Below, piece by piece: positions 18,639-29,388 of a stretch of DNA of 64,000 nucleotides (positions are counted from its first letter, which is position 1; every line of letters starts with the position of its first letter). Below the pieces are notes generated by a model. That model was not told the DNA's origin. It ran no database searches and was given only the letters and a program-made list of their open reading frames with translations. The position numbers were made by a program, and so were the translations under genes. Origin of the DNA: Candidatus Poribacteria bacterium (lineage in GTDB: Bacteria > Poribacteria > WGA-4E > WGA-3G); contig CBDANF010000003.1 of NCBI GenBank assembly GCA_965197475.1, forward strand, positions 1,984,001 through 2,048,000, given 5' to 3'.

Positions 18639-20120
18639 CTACGGAACACGGTGAATATAGATATCATAATTCATGCTGCGGGCATCACTCCATACCACAA
18701 TTGCACTTCCAACACCCGATGAAACTGCTCTCGGTGTGATCTGTTCTTTTTCTGCAGCACAGACCGGCACACCGTTCTCCTCCCAAAGTGGAACACCGTC
18801 AGCATCAATCCGCTGGGCGTAAATGGCATCCTCAGTTGTATTTCCAAAATCTTCCCGATAGTCAAGCCAATAGGCTATTGCACCGCCAGCACCATCAGAA
18901 ACAAGCATAGGGACTTGCTGAAACCCACCCGCAGTGCAGACTGGCATACCTTTTGCATTCCATAGCACTTTACCATCTGTGTTGACACGTTGAGCATAGA
19001 TGTCAGGGAAGATGTCTCGCTCGTCCCACCATATAACGATGAACCCACCTTTGCCATCGCTGATGCAGTATGGTTGTTGTTGATTGACGGGGAGTTCACA
19101 AATCGGAATGCCGTCCTTTTGCCATAAGGTTGTGCCGTCTGCGGTCAGATGCTGTGCATAAAGTTGGGCACTTGTGGGAAAATTTGGGTCGTTTCGATAG
19201 TCCGGCCAAACACAGAATGCCCCACCATTTCCATCAGTGACGATAGTAGGTGCACCTTGGTTACCGGGTGCCGCACATATAGGGATAGGTGAATCCCACA
19301 CTGTGTTTCCCTTACTATTAATCCGTTGGGCAAAGATGTTCCAGTCAGGTGTACTGATATCCCACCATACGAGGATCACACCGCCTTTACCATCACTTAT
19401 TATGGCGGGATCGTATTGGTCGCCTTCCCCGCTAAACACCGCAATTCCGTTCTGTTTCCAAATAGGTTTTCCTCCAGCGGATATCTTCTGGGCATAAATA
19501 TCTTGGTTGCCAGCTCGCCAATCCTCCCAAACAACAATCACACCCCCGTTTCCGTCTGCGATAGCTGTAAAATCGTCTTGTAAAGTCTTATCCTTACAAA
19601 CTTCAACGCCATCAGGATTCCACAGTTTTTCACCGTTAGCGTTAATGCGTTGCGCGTAGCTGTCCTGAGACTGAGAGTCGTGCCGCGTATCCCCCCAAAC
19701 GATAATTGCACCACCTATAAGGTCAGAAACAATAACAGGCGCGCTTTGCGCAGCTGCGTGATCGCAAACAGAGATGCCATCAGATTCCCATACTATATCT
19801 CCGTTGCTGCTAACACGCTGCGCAAAAATGTCGTAGTTGCCGTTTCGGGCATCGCGCCAAGCGACGATAACACCATCCTCTCCATCGGTTGTTAACACAG
19901 GGAAATGTTGCGTATTATCGGCTGTACATACTGGCAGATTTTCCATTGGTTTCCATTCTGTTTGGGCAGTGGAAAGACTAATGGTGAGAAGCAGAAAGAT
20001 TAATAGGTAGGAGCGTGTAAATCCGCGCAGGGAAGTATGCAGCGGTAACTCTGAGAAAAAGCTTTTTAAAATGTGTCGTGATATAGGGTTCCGCAGCATG
20101 AACATCATGATTCTACTCAA
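18639..20120 (-). CDS. Secreted repeat protein, eight ~55-aa DGxGG-W-D-R repeats (probable beta-propeller)
   Basis: Eight repeats of DGxGG(A/V)(I)xxWxDxR...DI(Y/F)AQR(I/V)xxxG..W..xG.p(V/I)C. Hydrophobic signal-like segment before AQTEW. True start uncertain. Confidence 0.75.
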   Translation of the reverse strand: MSRIMMFMLRNPISRHILKSFFSELPLHTSLRGFTRSYLLIFLLLTISLSTAQTEWKPMENLPVCTADNTQHFPVLTTDGEDGVIVAWRDARNGNYDIFAQRVSSNGDIVWESDGISVCDHAAAQSAPVIVSDLIGGAIIVWGDTRHDSQSQDSYAQRINANGEKLWNPDGVEVCKDKTLQDDFTAIADGNGGVIVVWEDWRAGNQDIYAQKISAGGKPIWKQNGIAVFSGEGDQYDPAIISDGKGGVILVWWDISTPDWNIFAQRINSKGNTVWDSPIPICAAPGNQGAPTIVTDGNGGAFCVWPDYRNDPNFPTSAQLYAQHLTADGTTLWQKDGIPICELPVNQQQPYCISDGKGGFIVIWWDERDIFPDIYAQRVNTDGKVLWNAKGMPVCTAGGFQQVPMLVSDGAGGAIAYWLDYREDFGNTTEDAIYAQRIDADGVPLWEENGVPVCAAEKEQITPRAVSSGVGSAIVVWSDARSMNYDIYIHRVP

Positions 20121-20180
20121 TAGGCACTATTTTCTTAGTGGTTCACAGCGGGAAGTTGGAAACCGTAGAAAGAACATAAT

Positions 20181-20275
20181 TTATAGTAAACCCAATAATA
20201 TGTTGACATCTCCATGTAGGCGCGCTTTGTAAGCGCGCTGTCAAAAGTGTTCACGTAATTATAAGTTTACTATAA
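20181..20275. mobile_element. MITE-like cassette with REP gtaggcgcgctttgtaagcgcgct
   Basis: Perfect 11-bp TIR ttatagtaaac / gtttactataa. REP at 20216-20239. Confidence 0.75.
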
Positions 20276-20327
20276 GAGACAGTCTCTTGTGCCGAAAGCC
20301 GATAGCCGTATGCTGAAAGCCCAGCGA

Positions 20328-21905
20328 TTACATCAGCAATTCTTCCCCTATTGGGAAAAATTGGTCTGCCATCGCTTGTAAATCCATTGACGTGTTGTGT
20401 TCAAATGCGACTACCTCTATCCGTTTATGTTGATGTTTTATGAGTTCAGCCAACGGACAAAAATCCCCGTCACCGCTTGCTAAGATAACAACATCTAACG
20501 TTCCGAGCATAGACACCACGTCTACGGCGATTCCAACATCCCAATCCCCTTTTGCTGAACCGTCGCCTCGTAAACGTAAATCTTTGCTACGAATTGTGTA
20601 ACCGTTATGCTCTAATAGAGAGATAAAATTAGACTGTTTAATTTCTGGAATCTGAACGATATAGGCATACGCGGACATGAGTTGTCGTGGACCAACGATC
20701 AAGTCAAGGAGTTTGATGTAATCTACTCGGCGTTCAAACCGATCTTTTGCAGCGTAGAACATATTTTGGACATCAACGAAGACACCGACACGCGGTTGTG
20801 TTGTCACTTGATCAATGTATTCTGATATATCCAAACGAGGTCCGTCTAAATGGTTGACTGTCTGTCGAATTTGATTTAGAGCACTTCGGGAGATTTCAGA
20901 CGATTTTTCTATAACATTGAAATGGTTTAGTAGGTTGGTTTTAAGTTGTTCTAAAGCTTGATATTCCTTGTAAATGGCTTCTTCAACTAACGTGAGTTCA
21001 ACCGTGAAGGTCTCCTTCGCTATTTTGATTTGTGAAAGTTCGCTGAGTTGATCAGTAATTTCCTTGTTTGCTGCTAACAACTGCTGGTATTCGCCTTCTA
21101 ATTTCATGAGGGAGGCATTGGCTTCCGCATATTGCGTCGCTTTTTCGTGGAGACTTTCATTTTCCTGTTGTAGAAAAACTATCTGTTTCTCGCTTTCCTG
21201 ATAGACACCTTCTTTTGCTTTCAATGCCTCATTTTCTTTAATTAGGAATTGGCAGTGTTGTTCCAATCGTTCATTCTTTTTCTCAAGTGTTGTGTACTGC
21301 GCTTTTAAATTAACTAAACTCTGTTCAAGATGCTCAACTTTATTCACTTGATCGTTAATTTGATCGTGGTCACCTTCTATATCGTTGACATATTTTACAT
21401 GAGTTGCTTCAATTTCAGAGGATGATTCCTGCGGGGAAGAATTTTCAGATTTGATATTCAACTGCGCAATTTCCACTTGAGGCGGTTTATAGGTTTCATA
21501 CGCGGTAGTTAAGAGATGATGTCCGTGAGCATTTACGGCCTCACGCGGATCTGCTAAGAGTGCCCATACGACTTCGCCAAATTCGCCAGATTCAATTAGG
21601 GAACCTGGCGATTTAAAAAATGTATGGATTTCATCAACAACCATGTATCCCACTCGTGAAATTGCCCGTTCCGCTTTTTGTGAGAGATGTTGCGTAACCC
21701 TTTCATCTATGTGAGATTGCCTGAAAAAAGCGTTTGTTAACCCGTTTAACAGCTCCTGTTTTGAAGACGAGTATAATTTGTCTGGGTCCATGACAAGGTT
21801 TGTGTGCGTCAGTAGTTGGAAAATCTCTCTCTCGTTTAAAAGTATTGTAAGAAACCATGTGAGTTGATCACGGTGTATCTTTAATTTTAGATTAGGTTTT
21901 GTCAT
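20328..21905 (-). CDS. Coiled-coil protein with C-terminal NYN (LabA/DUF88, PIN-like) domain
   Basis: GVFVDVQNMF, KGDWDVGIAVD and ILASGDGDF. Heptad-rich middle region. Confidence 0.85.
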   Translation of the reverse strand: MTKPNLKLKIHRDQLTWFLTILLNEREIFQLLTHTNLVMDPDKLYSSSKQELLNGLTNAFFRQSHIDERVTQHLSQKAERAISRVGYMVVDEIHTFFKSPGSLIESGEFGEVVWALLADPREAVNAHGHHLLTTAYETYKPPQVEIAQLNIKSENSSPQESSSEIEATHVKYVNDIEGDHDQINDQVNKVEHLEQSLVNLKAQYTTLEKKNERLEQHCQFLIKENEALKAKEGVYQESEKQIVFLQQENESLHEKATQYAEANASLMKLEGEYQQLLAANKEITDQLSELSQIKIAKETFTVELTLVEEAIYKEYQALEQLKTNLLNHFNVIEKSSEISRSALNQIRQTVNHLDGPRLDISEYIDQVTTQPRVGVFVDVQNMFYAAKDRFERRVDYIKLLDLIVGPRQLMSAYAYIVQIPEIKQSNFISLLEHNGYTIRSKDLRLRGDGSAKGDWDVGIAVDVVSMLGTLDVVILASGDGDFCPLAELIKHQHKRIEVVAFEHNTSMDLQAMADQFFPIGEELLM

Positions 21906-22088
21906 GAGAGCCTCCGAAGATATTTAGTTCACACGAGTATATAAAACACGGAATCTTGTTTCCGTTTGTGAATTATATTTTGGAAAACTTTATATATTAA
22001 ATCAAAGGGTAATTCCAATACCTCCTAATATGGATTATAATTAACAGATTGCGCCGACATGTATTATCGGGGCGGGTAAGCAAGGAAG

Positions 22089-23459
22089 TCAAATTTTAAT
22101 TATTTTGTTGGATCCGTCAAGGATGGTGCGGGTTGCATTGCGTGTGTCAACAACGACAGCAGCATGTTTAACGATCAAATTGTAGTCAATATTGCTGTGG
22201 TCAGTAAGAATTAAAACACAATCAACACGCTCTATTATAGTGGATGTTAGCGTTTGTGAGTAGTAGGCTTCCCCCTTCCTAAGAGCAATTTGTGAAACGT
22301 ACGGGTCATGATATAAAATTTGTGCACCTTTGTCAAGCATTAATCTGATTATTTCAAGTGCAGGGGATTCCCGGGTGTCTCCAATGTCTTTTTTGTAGGC
22401 GACACCTAAAATTAGTACGTTTGAACCGTTGAGGGGTTTCCGCTGTATATTTAGCGCGTGAATAACTTTGTCAAGTACATATTTGGGCATGCTGCTGTTA
22501 ATTTCACTGGCGAGTTCAATAAATCGCGCATGGTATTCGTAAGTACGCGCTTTCCAAGAGAGATAATGTGGATCAATCGGAATGCAATGTCCTCCAAGAC
22601 CAGGACCCGGATAGAAAGGCATAAATCCAAAGGGTTTGGTTGCCGCAGCATCAACAATTTCCCAAATATCTAAGTCCATCCGATCACAGATAAGCGCAAC
22701 TTCATTGATTAACCCTATATTGACACTCCGAAATGTATTCTCTAATAATTTTACCATTTCCGCTATTCGGGGAGAGGAAACGGTGTGCGTCTTATTGATA
22801 AATTGTTCGTAAAAGATTTTGGCGACTTGGGTGCATTTTGACGTAACACCGCCAACTATTTTCGGGGTGTTCGTCATAAAATAGGTACTATTGCCAGGTT
22901 CAATTCGTTCGGGTGAAAAAGCGAGATAGAAATCACGACCAACTTCTAATGATTCAGTGGAGCCGGAATTTAAACTCGGTGGGTTAGCGTTGTAATCATC
23001 CTCAGAAAGAGTTTCGCTGAAATTGGATTGGAGCATTGGTAGCACGATTTCTTCGGTTGTACCGGGATAGGTAGTACTTTCGAGAATTATCAATTGTTCG
23101 GTATGCAAATGTTGTGCAATTTGCTGAACTGCTGCGATGATGAACTGCATATCTGGCGTTCTGTTTTCACTCAAAGGAGTTGGAACGCAGATGTTGACAG
23201 TATCCAATTCACTAAGAATACTATAATCCTCTGTGACCTGAATTTGTCCCGACTTAATTAGGGGACCGAGAACAGCATCAGGAACATCTGGCACATCAGA
23301 GATGCCGCGTTTCAAGCGATCAATTTTTTCTGGGCAAATATCAATCCCAGTAACTCTGAATCCAGCGTTTGCAATAGCAACCATAAGTGGTAATCCGACA
23401 TACCCAAGACCGATAACGCCAGCATGTGCTGTACAGGATTCTATCTTTTTTAATATCAT
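22089..23459 (-). CDS. UDP-N-acetylhexosamine 6-dehydrogenase (WbpA/WecC-like)
   Basis: GLGYVGLP, ICVPTP, ESTTYPGTT, SPERIEPG, GPGLGGHCIPIDP and AYKKDIGDTRESP. Confidence 0.9.
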   Translation of the reverse strand: MILKKIESCTAHAGVIGLGYVGLPLMVAIANAGFRVTGIDICPEKIDRLKRGISDVPDVPDAVLGPLIKSGQIQVTEDYSILSELDTVNICVPTPLSENRTPDMQFIIAAVQQIAQHLHTEQLIILESTTYPGTTEEIVLPMLQSNFSETLSEDDYNANPPSLNSGSTESLEVGRDFYLAFSPERIEPGNSTYFMTNTPKIVGGVTSKCTQVAKIFYEQFINKTHTVSSPRIAEMVKLLENTFRSVNIGLINEVALICDRMDLDIWEIVDAAATKPFGFMPFYPGPGLGGHCIPIDPHYLSWKARTYEYHARFIELASEINSSMPKYVLDKVIHALNIQRKPLNGSNVLILGVAYKKDIGDTRESPALEIIRLMLDKGAQILYHDPYVSQIALRKGEAYYSQTLTSTIIERVDCVLILTDHSNIDYNLIVKHAAVVVDTRNATRTILDGSNKIIKI

Positions 23460-23501
23460 AATCTCAAATTTTATTTTAAACGTATAACAACGCGAAATTA
23501 A

Positions 23502-24062
23502 CTAATGAGTTATCCAACGCATGGCAGTAAAGAGGTTTGTAAAGATTTTGTCTGGTTTATATGTTTTCGTTGTTGAGTCGGAACTGATATAGCGGTTATA
23601 GGAATCTTGACCGTGTCCTGTTAAAACAAGTATCGGTGATGCACCGGCACTTTGGGCAGCTTGAATATCTGTGATTGAATCTCCAATGAAAAATGTTTGT
23701 GACACATCAAAATTGTGTTCGCGTGCGGCTCGTAGTAACATTCCAGGTTGTGGTTTTCGACATTCACAACCATCATCAGGATGGTGTGGACAGTAGTAAA
23801 TTTTATCAATATGTCCACCCGCATCTTGAATTTCATTTAGCATCTTATGATGGATTTCTGTTAGTTGTTGTTCAGTGAAAATGCCTCTACCAATTCCTGC
23901 TTGATTGGTTGCTACAAAAATACGATACCCGTTTTGAGTCAGGTCTCGAATCGCTTCCAAGGCATTAGGGAGAAAGGTAAAATCTATCCAGTTGCAGACG
24001 TAGCCTCTGTCAGGTGGATTTCTGTTTATAACGCCATCCCGGTCAAGTATGACGGTTTTCAT
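23502..24062 (-). CDS. gmhB: D-glycero-D-manno-heptose 1,7-bisphosphate phosphatase
   Basis: LDRDGVIN, TNQAG, CPHHPDDGCECRKP and IGD. Confidence 0.9.
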   Translation of the reverse strand: MKTVILDRDGVINRNPPDRGYVCNWIDFTFLPNALEAIRDLTQNGYRIFVATNQAGIGRGIFTEQQLTEIHHKMLNEIQDAGGHIDKIYYCPHHPDDGCECRKPQPGMLLRAAREHNFDVSQTFFIGDSITDIQAAQSAGASPILVLTGHGQDSYNRYISSDSTTKTYKPDKIFTNLFTAMRWITH

Positions 24063-24129
24063 ACCGTTTCTCCGATGCGAGTATCCGGTTAGATTTAGAA
24101 ATCAGAGAGATTGACACTATAAGTTACGT

Positions 24130-25179
24130 TTACGGCAATGCCTCAATAGCCTGATGTAGTTCTTCTGGTGCGACAGTTGCACACCCCATTTTCCCGACCA
24201 CAATGCCGCCAGCGAGGCTTGACAGGTGGGCAGCACGGTGGTAATCAGCTTGTGCCGCAAGCGCAAGCGTGAAAACGGCAGCTACGGTATCTCCCGCACC
24301 AGTTACATCCGTCACTTCCTTTGAGTAAGATGGTAGGTGCTCTACTTGTAGGATACCTTCGGAATCGCGCTGAAATAGAGACATTCCTTCAGCCTCGCGC
24401 GTGATTAACAACGACCTAAGCGATAATTGATCTAATATCTTTTCACCAACTGAAATTAGGTGTGATATATCAGTAATTTCTTCCTGTACAGCCGCGCCAG
24501 CTTCTTTATGATTTGGGGTAAGTGCGGTTACGCCCTCATAATGCCAAAAATTATTGCGCTTTGGATCAACGATAATCGGTATACCATAGGGTTCAGCATG
24601 CGTCGCGACGGCTTTTATCAATTCAGCACTAACAACACCCTTGTCGTAGTCCGAGAAAATGACAGCATCGCTCTCTGCTATCTGAGAGATGACAGCACCC
24701 ATTAGATGTTCCCTTATCATTGCACTGATTTCCTGTTTAGACTCCCTATCAATCCGAAGGAGATGATGTCCTTGCTGTGGAAATAGGTGTTCAGGATTGT
24801 TGATGCTTGGCTGTAACGAATCTGTCGTAGCAGCACTCACGATCACTCGTGTTTTTTTGCTCGTTGGACGTTGTACATCCATACAAATATCAGCAGTGCC
24901 GATACCCATCGGATTTAGCATTTGTACCAATTTTTCGCCATCCCTATCTTTCCCAATAACACCGACTAATTCTGCATTACCTCCCAAACTGGCAATATTT
25001 TGAGCGACGTTCGCAGCTCCCCCACAACCGGTTCTTTCAGTTGTCATTTCAAACACTGGAACCGGAGCCTCAGGCGAAATTCGGTTCACATCACCCCAGA
25101 TGTATTCATCCACGATGATATCTCCGATTATCATCACCTTCTTACTTTGAAATTGTGCAAAAATAGTTTTTAAGTTCAC
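24130..25179 (-). CDS. rfaE1: Heptose-7-phosphate kinase (RfaE/HldE domain I only)
   Basis: RISPEAPVPV, GGAANVA, SDYDKG, TPN and DVTGAGDT. Confidence 0.88.
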   Translation of the reverse strand: MNLKTIFAQFQSKKVMIIGDIIVDEYIWGDVNRISPEAPVPVFEMTTERTGCGGAANVAQNIASLGGNAELVGVIGKDRDGEKLVQMLNPMGIGTADICMDVQRPTSKKTRVIVSAATTDSLQPSINNPEHLFPQQGHHLLRIDRESKQEISAMIREHLMGAVISQIAESDAVIFSDYDKGVVSAELIKAVATHAEPYGIPIIVDPKRNNFWHYEGVTALTPNHKEAGAAVQEEITDISHLISVGEKILDQLSLRSLLITREAEGMSLFQRDSEGILQVEHLPSYSKEVTDVTGAGDTVAAVFTLALAAQADYHRAAHLSSLAGGIVVGKMGCATVAPEELHQAIEALP

Positions 25180-25627
25180 AGGATTATATTATCATAACTC
25201 CGTAGGTTAAAGCAACAAACATTCTTACCTGCATATTTGTTTAAGATTTTCTGGTTTAATTGAAGAAAATTAAAATAATTTACAACAAAAAGATGAACAA
25301 AGGTGACGAAATGTAAATACTTCATAAGAAAAGGCTCTATAGACGCATTTCAGTAAGAACTGAGAATGAATTGGAATGTAAATCAAAGGTAGAACGCCGT
25401 AGTCATTCTACTATTTCACTTGTATTTTTGCCATATTCCTGCTAAAATACTTTAGGAATCATTTCGAAAAAATGTAAACCTATCACACTGACAGGACGGG
25501 CAGGCATGAAGGTTTGCAAGAGAAATTCAAGATTTAATGAAGAATATATGTCTGAAAAACACCAAACGATAAGTTTATATCTAAGGTGGACTCCAAAAAA
25601 GCAATTGAAAAGGTTAAATTAGAATAG

Positions 25628-26809
25628 ATGCACACATTTTTACGCTTACATTTTTTATGCCTTCTTCTGATAATTTTGGGACTACTGAGTTTCTCACTAT
25701 CAGTTTTCGCAGAAGAAGCCTCTGACGAGAACATCGCTACCAAAAGCCCACAGTACCCAGAAACATCTACTTATAAATTACAAATTGGCGACAGTATTGT
25801 TGTTACGGTTGAGGGGTATCCTGAATATACCAAAGACCGCTCCCCTATTCCGATTCAACCGGATGGATTTATCTCCTATCCGCTTATTGGACTTATCAAG
25901 GCAATAGGTTTGACAGTTCCAGAACTTGAGGCGCAGATGCAGCAGGTTTTTTCCAAAAAACTTCCAAGTGTACGAGTGTTTGTTACCCTGATGCAACCGA
26001 GACGGAACATTTTGGTGTTTGGAGCAGTTGAACGCAGACCAAGAGGAAACATGCATGTTTTTGAAACTGGACAGGTGTATCTGATGCATGCTTTGGCAGC
26101 GGCTGGTGTCAACAACGAACTTGCGGATCTCACACAAATTGCTATATGGCGCGACGGTAAGGTTTTTAAAACGGTTAATTTTCAAGAACATATTGAATCA
26201 GGAGACTTAGATATCCCTTTGAAGGATTACGATATCGTCATTGTCCCATCTATTTATGCACAACGGCGGATTCGGATAATTGGGGCTGTGACAACTCCGG
26301 GCTATTATTCGATAACGAATCTACAAATCCCGGTAACCCAAGCATTGAAACTCGCTGGCGGTGCCAAATCAGAATTTGCAGACTTAAAAAAATCTGAGAT
26401 CATTAACGATATTGGAAATACACCTGTGGATCTCACTTCTGAAAACATAGCCGTTGTGTTGTTGCATGGAGAGACTTTATATATTCCGCTTGCAGATACC
26501 AAAATCAGTGTTGTTGGTGCAGTTGAAAAGCCAGATCAATACATAATTACTGAGCCGATCCTTCTAAGAGATGCTGTTGCAATGGCTGGCGGGTTAGATG
26601 AGGCAAAAGCGAACCCAAAAAAGTGTATTCTCACACGAGCGGATGGGACACAAGAAGAAATTAACTTCATTTTGGCACAATCAGAGGTTTATCTCCAACC
26701 GAACGACCAACTCCGAATTTTAGAACGAACACGTATAGATTGGCGAGTGCTGAGTTTCGCTGCTTCACTGATCAACTTGGTCGTTAGCGTTTGGCTCAGA
26801 TATGGATAG
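25628..26809 (+). CDS. wza: Polysaccharide export protein (Wza/OPX family) with SLBB repeats
   Basis: YKLQIGDSI..., IQPDGFISYPLIG..KAIGLT and three GAVxxP/SLBB repeats. Confidence 0.8.
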   Translation: MHTFLRLHFLCLLLIILGLLSFSLSVFAEEASDENIATKSPQYPETSTYKLQIGDSIVVTVEGYPEYTKDRSPIPIQPDGFISYPLIGLIKAIGLTVPELEAQMQQVFSKKLPSVRVFVTLMQPRRNILVFGAVERRPRGNMHVFETGQVYLMHALAAAGVNNELADLTQIAIWRDGKVFKTVNFQEHIESGDLDIPLKDYDIVIVPSIYAQRRIRIIGAVTTPGYYSITNLQIPVTQALKLAGGAKSEFADLKKSEIINDIGNTPVDLTSENIAVVLLHGETLYIPLADTKISVVGAVEKPDQYIITEPILLRDAVAMAGGLDEAKANPKKCILTRADGTQEEINFILAQSEVYLQPNDQLRILERTRIDWRVLSFAASLINLVVSVWLRYG

Positions 26810-26871
26810 AAGAGAACAGCAATCAACGGAAAGATCAATGTTCTCTCTTTCATTCTTTTAAATATTTATAC

Positions 26872-26954
26872 CAAATTAACTTGATCCCACTCGGTAGGTA
26901 CGGTTTCTAACCGCACCTAATACCAAGAAAAATGAGATAAATCAAGTTAATTTG
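26872..26954. mobile_element. MITE-like cassette with GTAG REP between wza and wzc
   Basis: 14-bp IR caaattaacttgat / atcaagttaatttg flanks ctcggtaggtacggtttctaaccgcacc, which is 27/28 identical to the reverse complement of 2249-2276. Confidence 0.7.
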
Positions 26955-26971
26955 AGATTATATGGAATTAG

Positions 26972-29368
26972 ATGAGTATATGGAACAGGATGAGGAAAAT
27001 GCCAGAAACTACCGATAGAAAACTTGAAGAAATTACTGAAATCCGACTATTAGATTATTTTTGGATACTTTTCCGGAATAAATGGAGTGTCCTTTTAATA
27101 TTTTTTCTTTGCGTGTTGGCTGCATTTCTCATTACTGACACCACGCCAAAGGTTTATCAATCCGAAACGACCCTTCGTATACTTGACGGTCAACCACCTA
27201 CTTCGTTAATATCAGGGCTCCCATTATCAGGAATCCTTAAGGGGACATCGTTAGGGACGTACGTTACCCTACTACAATCACGAGACTTAATTATCGCGCC
27301 AACAGTCCAACAACTCATAGATGAAGGACTGTTAGAACCAAGACCTATTCACAGAGGTAAAACTGTGGTGGAGTTGGCAAATCTTCTGAACATTGAATTA
27401 GATTCGTCCGTTACCGAGCAAGGTGAACTCTCTGATACAGAGTGGAGAGACTATTTCATTAAGACACTTATTGATGAGAAATTGAAGGTTGAAGAGTCCC
27501 AGGATGGGAACATGATTTCCCTCACGGTGAAGCAGCAGAAACCAGAAGACGCGCAGCTTTTGTGTAACAGAATTGCGACTACACTTGTGGAAACAATTGA
27601 AGCGGAAAAAGAGCAAGATATGAAATGGTGGGAAAAACCGCTTCCGCAGACAATGCTCAATGAAGCAATACAGAAACTGAAAACATCTGAAAAGGAACTC
27701 TTTGATTTTCAGAAAGATAATTCTGAACTAACCTTAAATGCTGAGAGTGGCACACAAGCACAACTCGTTTTAGCCCTACAGTTAAGTGAAAACGAATTAG
27801 CAAGTCAACTGATTGGGGCTGAATTGAAACATGATTCTTATAAAGAAGACTTGAAGGACGTTGAAGAGGAACTAATCTCTGAAACAGTCGCGAGAAATCC
27901 TTCATATTCGAAACTGCAAGATAACTTGAACGAATATGAAATTGAAAAAAAAGCACTTATTGGAAAATACGGAGATGTAACACATCCTGAAATTACCTCT
28001 TTGAATGAAAAAATAAATGAGACGAAAGAGCGCCTTCAAGGCGAGGAAAAAGAGATAAAAAGTACAACTTCCTCTTATAACCCCTTATACCAAGTTCTTG
28101 CACAAAAGGTTAATGAAACTGAAGCGGCAATTATTAGTCTTAAGAAGCAAAAGGCGGAGGTATCCGCTGAAATTGATAAACGTATCAAGGAGGTCGGTGG
28201 ATGGTCAGAGAAACATCTCGACTTGTTTCGGTACAAGCGGAATGTCGAAATATACAGCGCGCAGGTTATTACTTTAGAGGCGAAAATACGGGAGTCACAA
28301 ATTGTCGCAGAAGCACGTACTGATAGTATCAAGGTGTTAGATCAAGCGCGTCTATCTGAAGAGCCTATAAAACCACGGATGAAGATCAATCTTGTTTTAG
28401 GGGCGATGCTTGGTGGTTTGCTCGGACTTACATTTGCTGTTGTCAAAAATTATTTCAAAGACACTTATTTGCGATTAGAAGACTCTGTTCGTCAATTGGA
28501 TTCGTTGGCAGAACCTCCCAGTTTCCTTGGCGTAATTCCATCCATAAAAAAACGGAGTGCATACCAGATTCCACTCATAGTTAATGACGCACCTAATTCC
28601 AGAGCAGCGGAAGCATTTAGAGTACTTGTAGCGAAACTACCATTTCTCAACCTCGGTAGCGAGTTGAAAACTGTTCTCGTCACGAGTTCTACGCGCGGAG
28701 AAGGTAAAAGTACTATTTCTTCTAATCTTGCAGCTGCGTTCGCACAAAAAGGTAGCAAGGTCCTGCTAATTGATGCTGATATGCGCAGACCTTCTCAACA
28801 CACAATTTTTCCACCAGGGCAGTTACTTCAGATTACAGCACAAGATGAAATAGATATAGGCGATAGTGATACATCTGAGACGCATGAGGTTACCCACAGT
28901 GACCCACGTAAACCGGGGTTGAGCGAGGTATTAATTACCATAAACTCAGAAAATAGTTATGATGTTCTACAGTCAACAGTCAGGCAGACCGGTATCCCTA
29001 ATTTACATTTTATGCCGGGTGGAACTGTTCCGCCAAATCCAATTGAATTATTGAATTCAGACATGATGACGCAATGGCTTGAAGTGGCAAAATCAGAGTA
29101 CGATGTAATAGTGATTGATTCTCCACCCGTGCGTGCTGTAGCGGATCCAGTTATTTTGGCAACTGTCGTTGATGCTGTCGTTTATGTGTTTGACATAACG
29201 AAAACCAAACGTTTTGATGTGTTGACAGGGATCAGACATCTTAAGGATGTCTTACCGGAGAAGTGTATCGGGGTGGTGTGTAACATGATAAATCCGAAAC
29301 ACGCCAAATCTTATGGATACTATAATAGACATGCTGGTTATTATGAACTAACAGATGAGAGGAGTTAA
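26972..29368 (+). CDS. wzc: Polysaccharide co-polymerase / BY-kinase
   Basis: Two TMs flank a coiled coil. AEAFR, Walker A TSSTRGEGKST, LIDADMRRP, IDSPP and a Tyr-rich tail SYGYYNRHAGYY. Confidence 0.92.
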   Translation: MSIWNRMRKMPETTDRKLEEITEIRLLDYFWILFRNKWSVLLIFFLCVLAAFLITDTTPKVYQSETTLRILDGQPPTSLISGLPLSGILKGTSLGTYVTLLQSRDLIIAPTVQQLIDEGLLEPRPIHRGKTVVELANLLNIELDSSVTEQGELSDTEWRDYFIKTLIDEKLKVEESQDGNMISLTVKQQKPEDAQLLCNRIATTLVETIEAEKEQDMKWWEKPLPQTMLNEAIQKLKTSEKELFDFQKDNSELTLNAESGTQAQLVLALQLSENELASQLIGAELKHDSYKEDLKDVEEELISETVARNPSYSKLQDNLNEYEIEKKALIGKYGDVTHPEITSLNEKINETKERLQGEEKEIKSTTSSYNPLYQVLAQKVNETEAAIISLKKQKAEVSAEIDKRIKEVGGWSEKHLDLFRYKRNVEIYSAQVITLEAKIRESQIVAEARTDSIKVLDQARLSEEPIKPRMKINLVLGAMLGGLLGLTFAVVKNYFKDTYLRLEDSVRQLDSLAEPPSFLGVIPSIKKRSAYQIPLIVNDAPNSRAAEAFRVLVAKLPFLNLGSELKTVLVTSSTRGEGKSTISSNLAAAFAQKGSKVLLIDADMRRPSQHTIFPPGQLLQITAQDEIDIGDSDTSETHEVTHSDPRKPGLSEVLITINSENSYDVLQSTVRQTGIPNLHFMPGGTVPPNPIELLNSDMMTQWLEVAKSEYDVIVIDSPPVRAVADPVILATVVDAVVYVFDITKTKRFDVLTGIRHLKDVLPEKCIGVVCNMINPKHAKSYGYYNRHAGYYELTDERS

Positions 29369-29388
29369 GAGTTTCCCTTATAAATCGT

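Noticed and set aside
20291-20321. Heptamer run gccgaaa-gccgata-gccgtat-gctgaaa-gcc
   Set aside because: A short degenerate tandem repeat seen once in the window, with no supportable function.
25180-25627. Possible ncRNA or JUMPstart/ops element upstream of wza
   Set aside because: An AT-rich divergent promoter region with no GGCGGTAG ops motif or stable structure visible.
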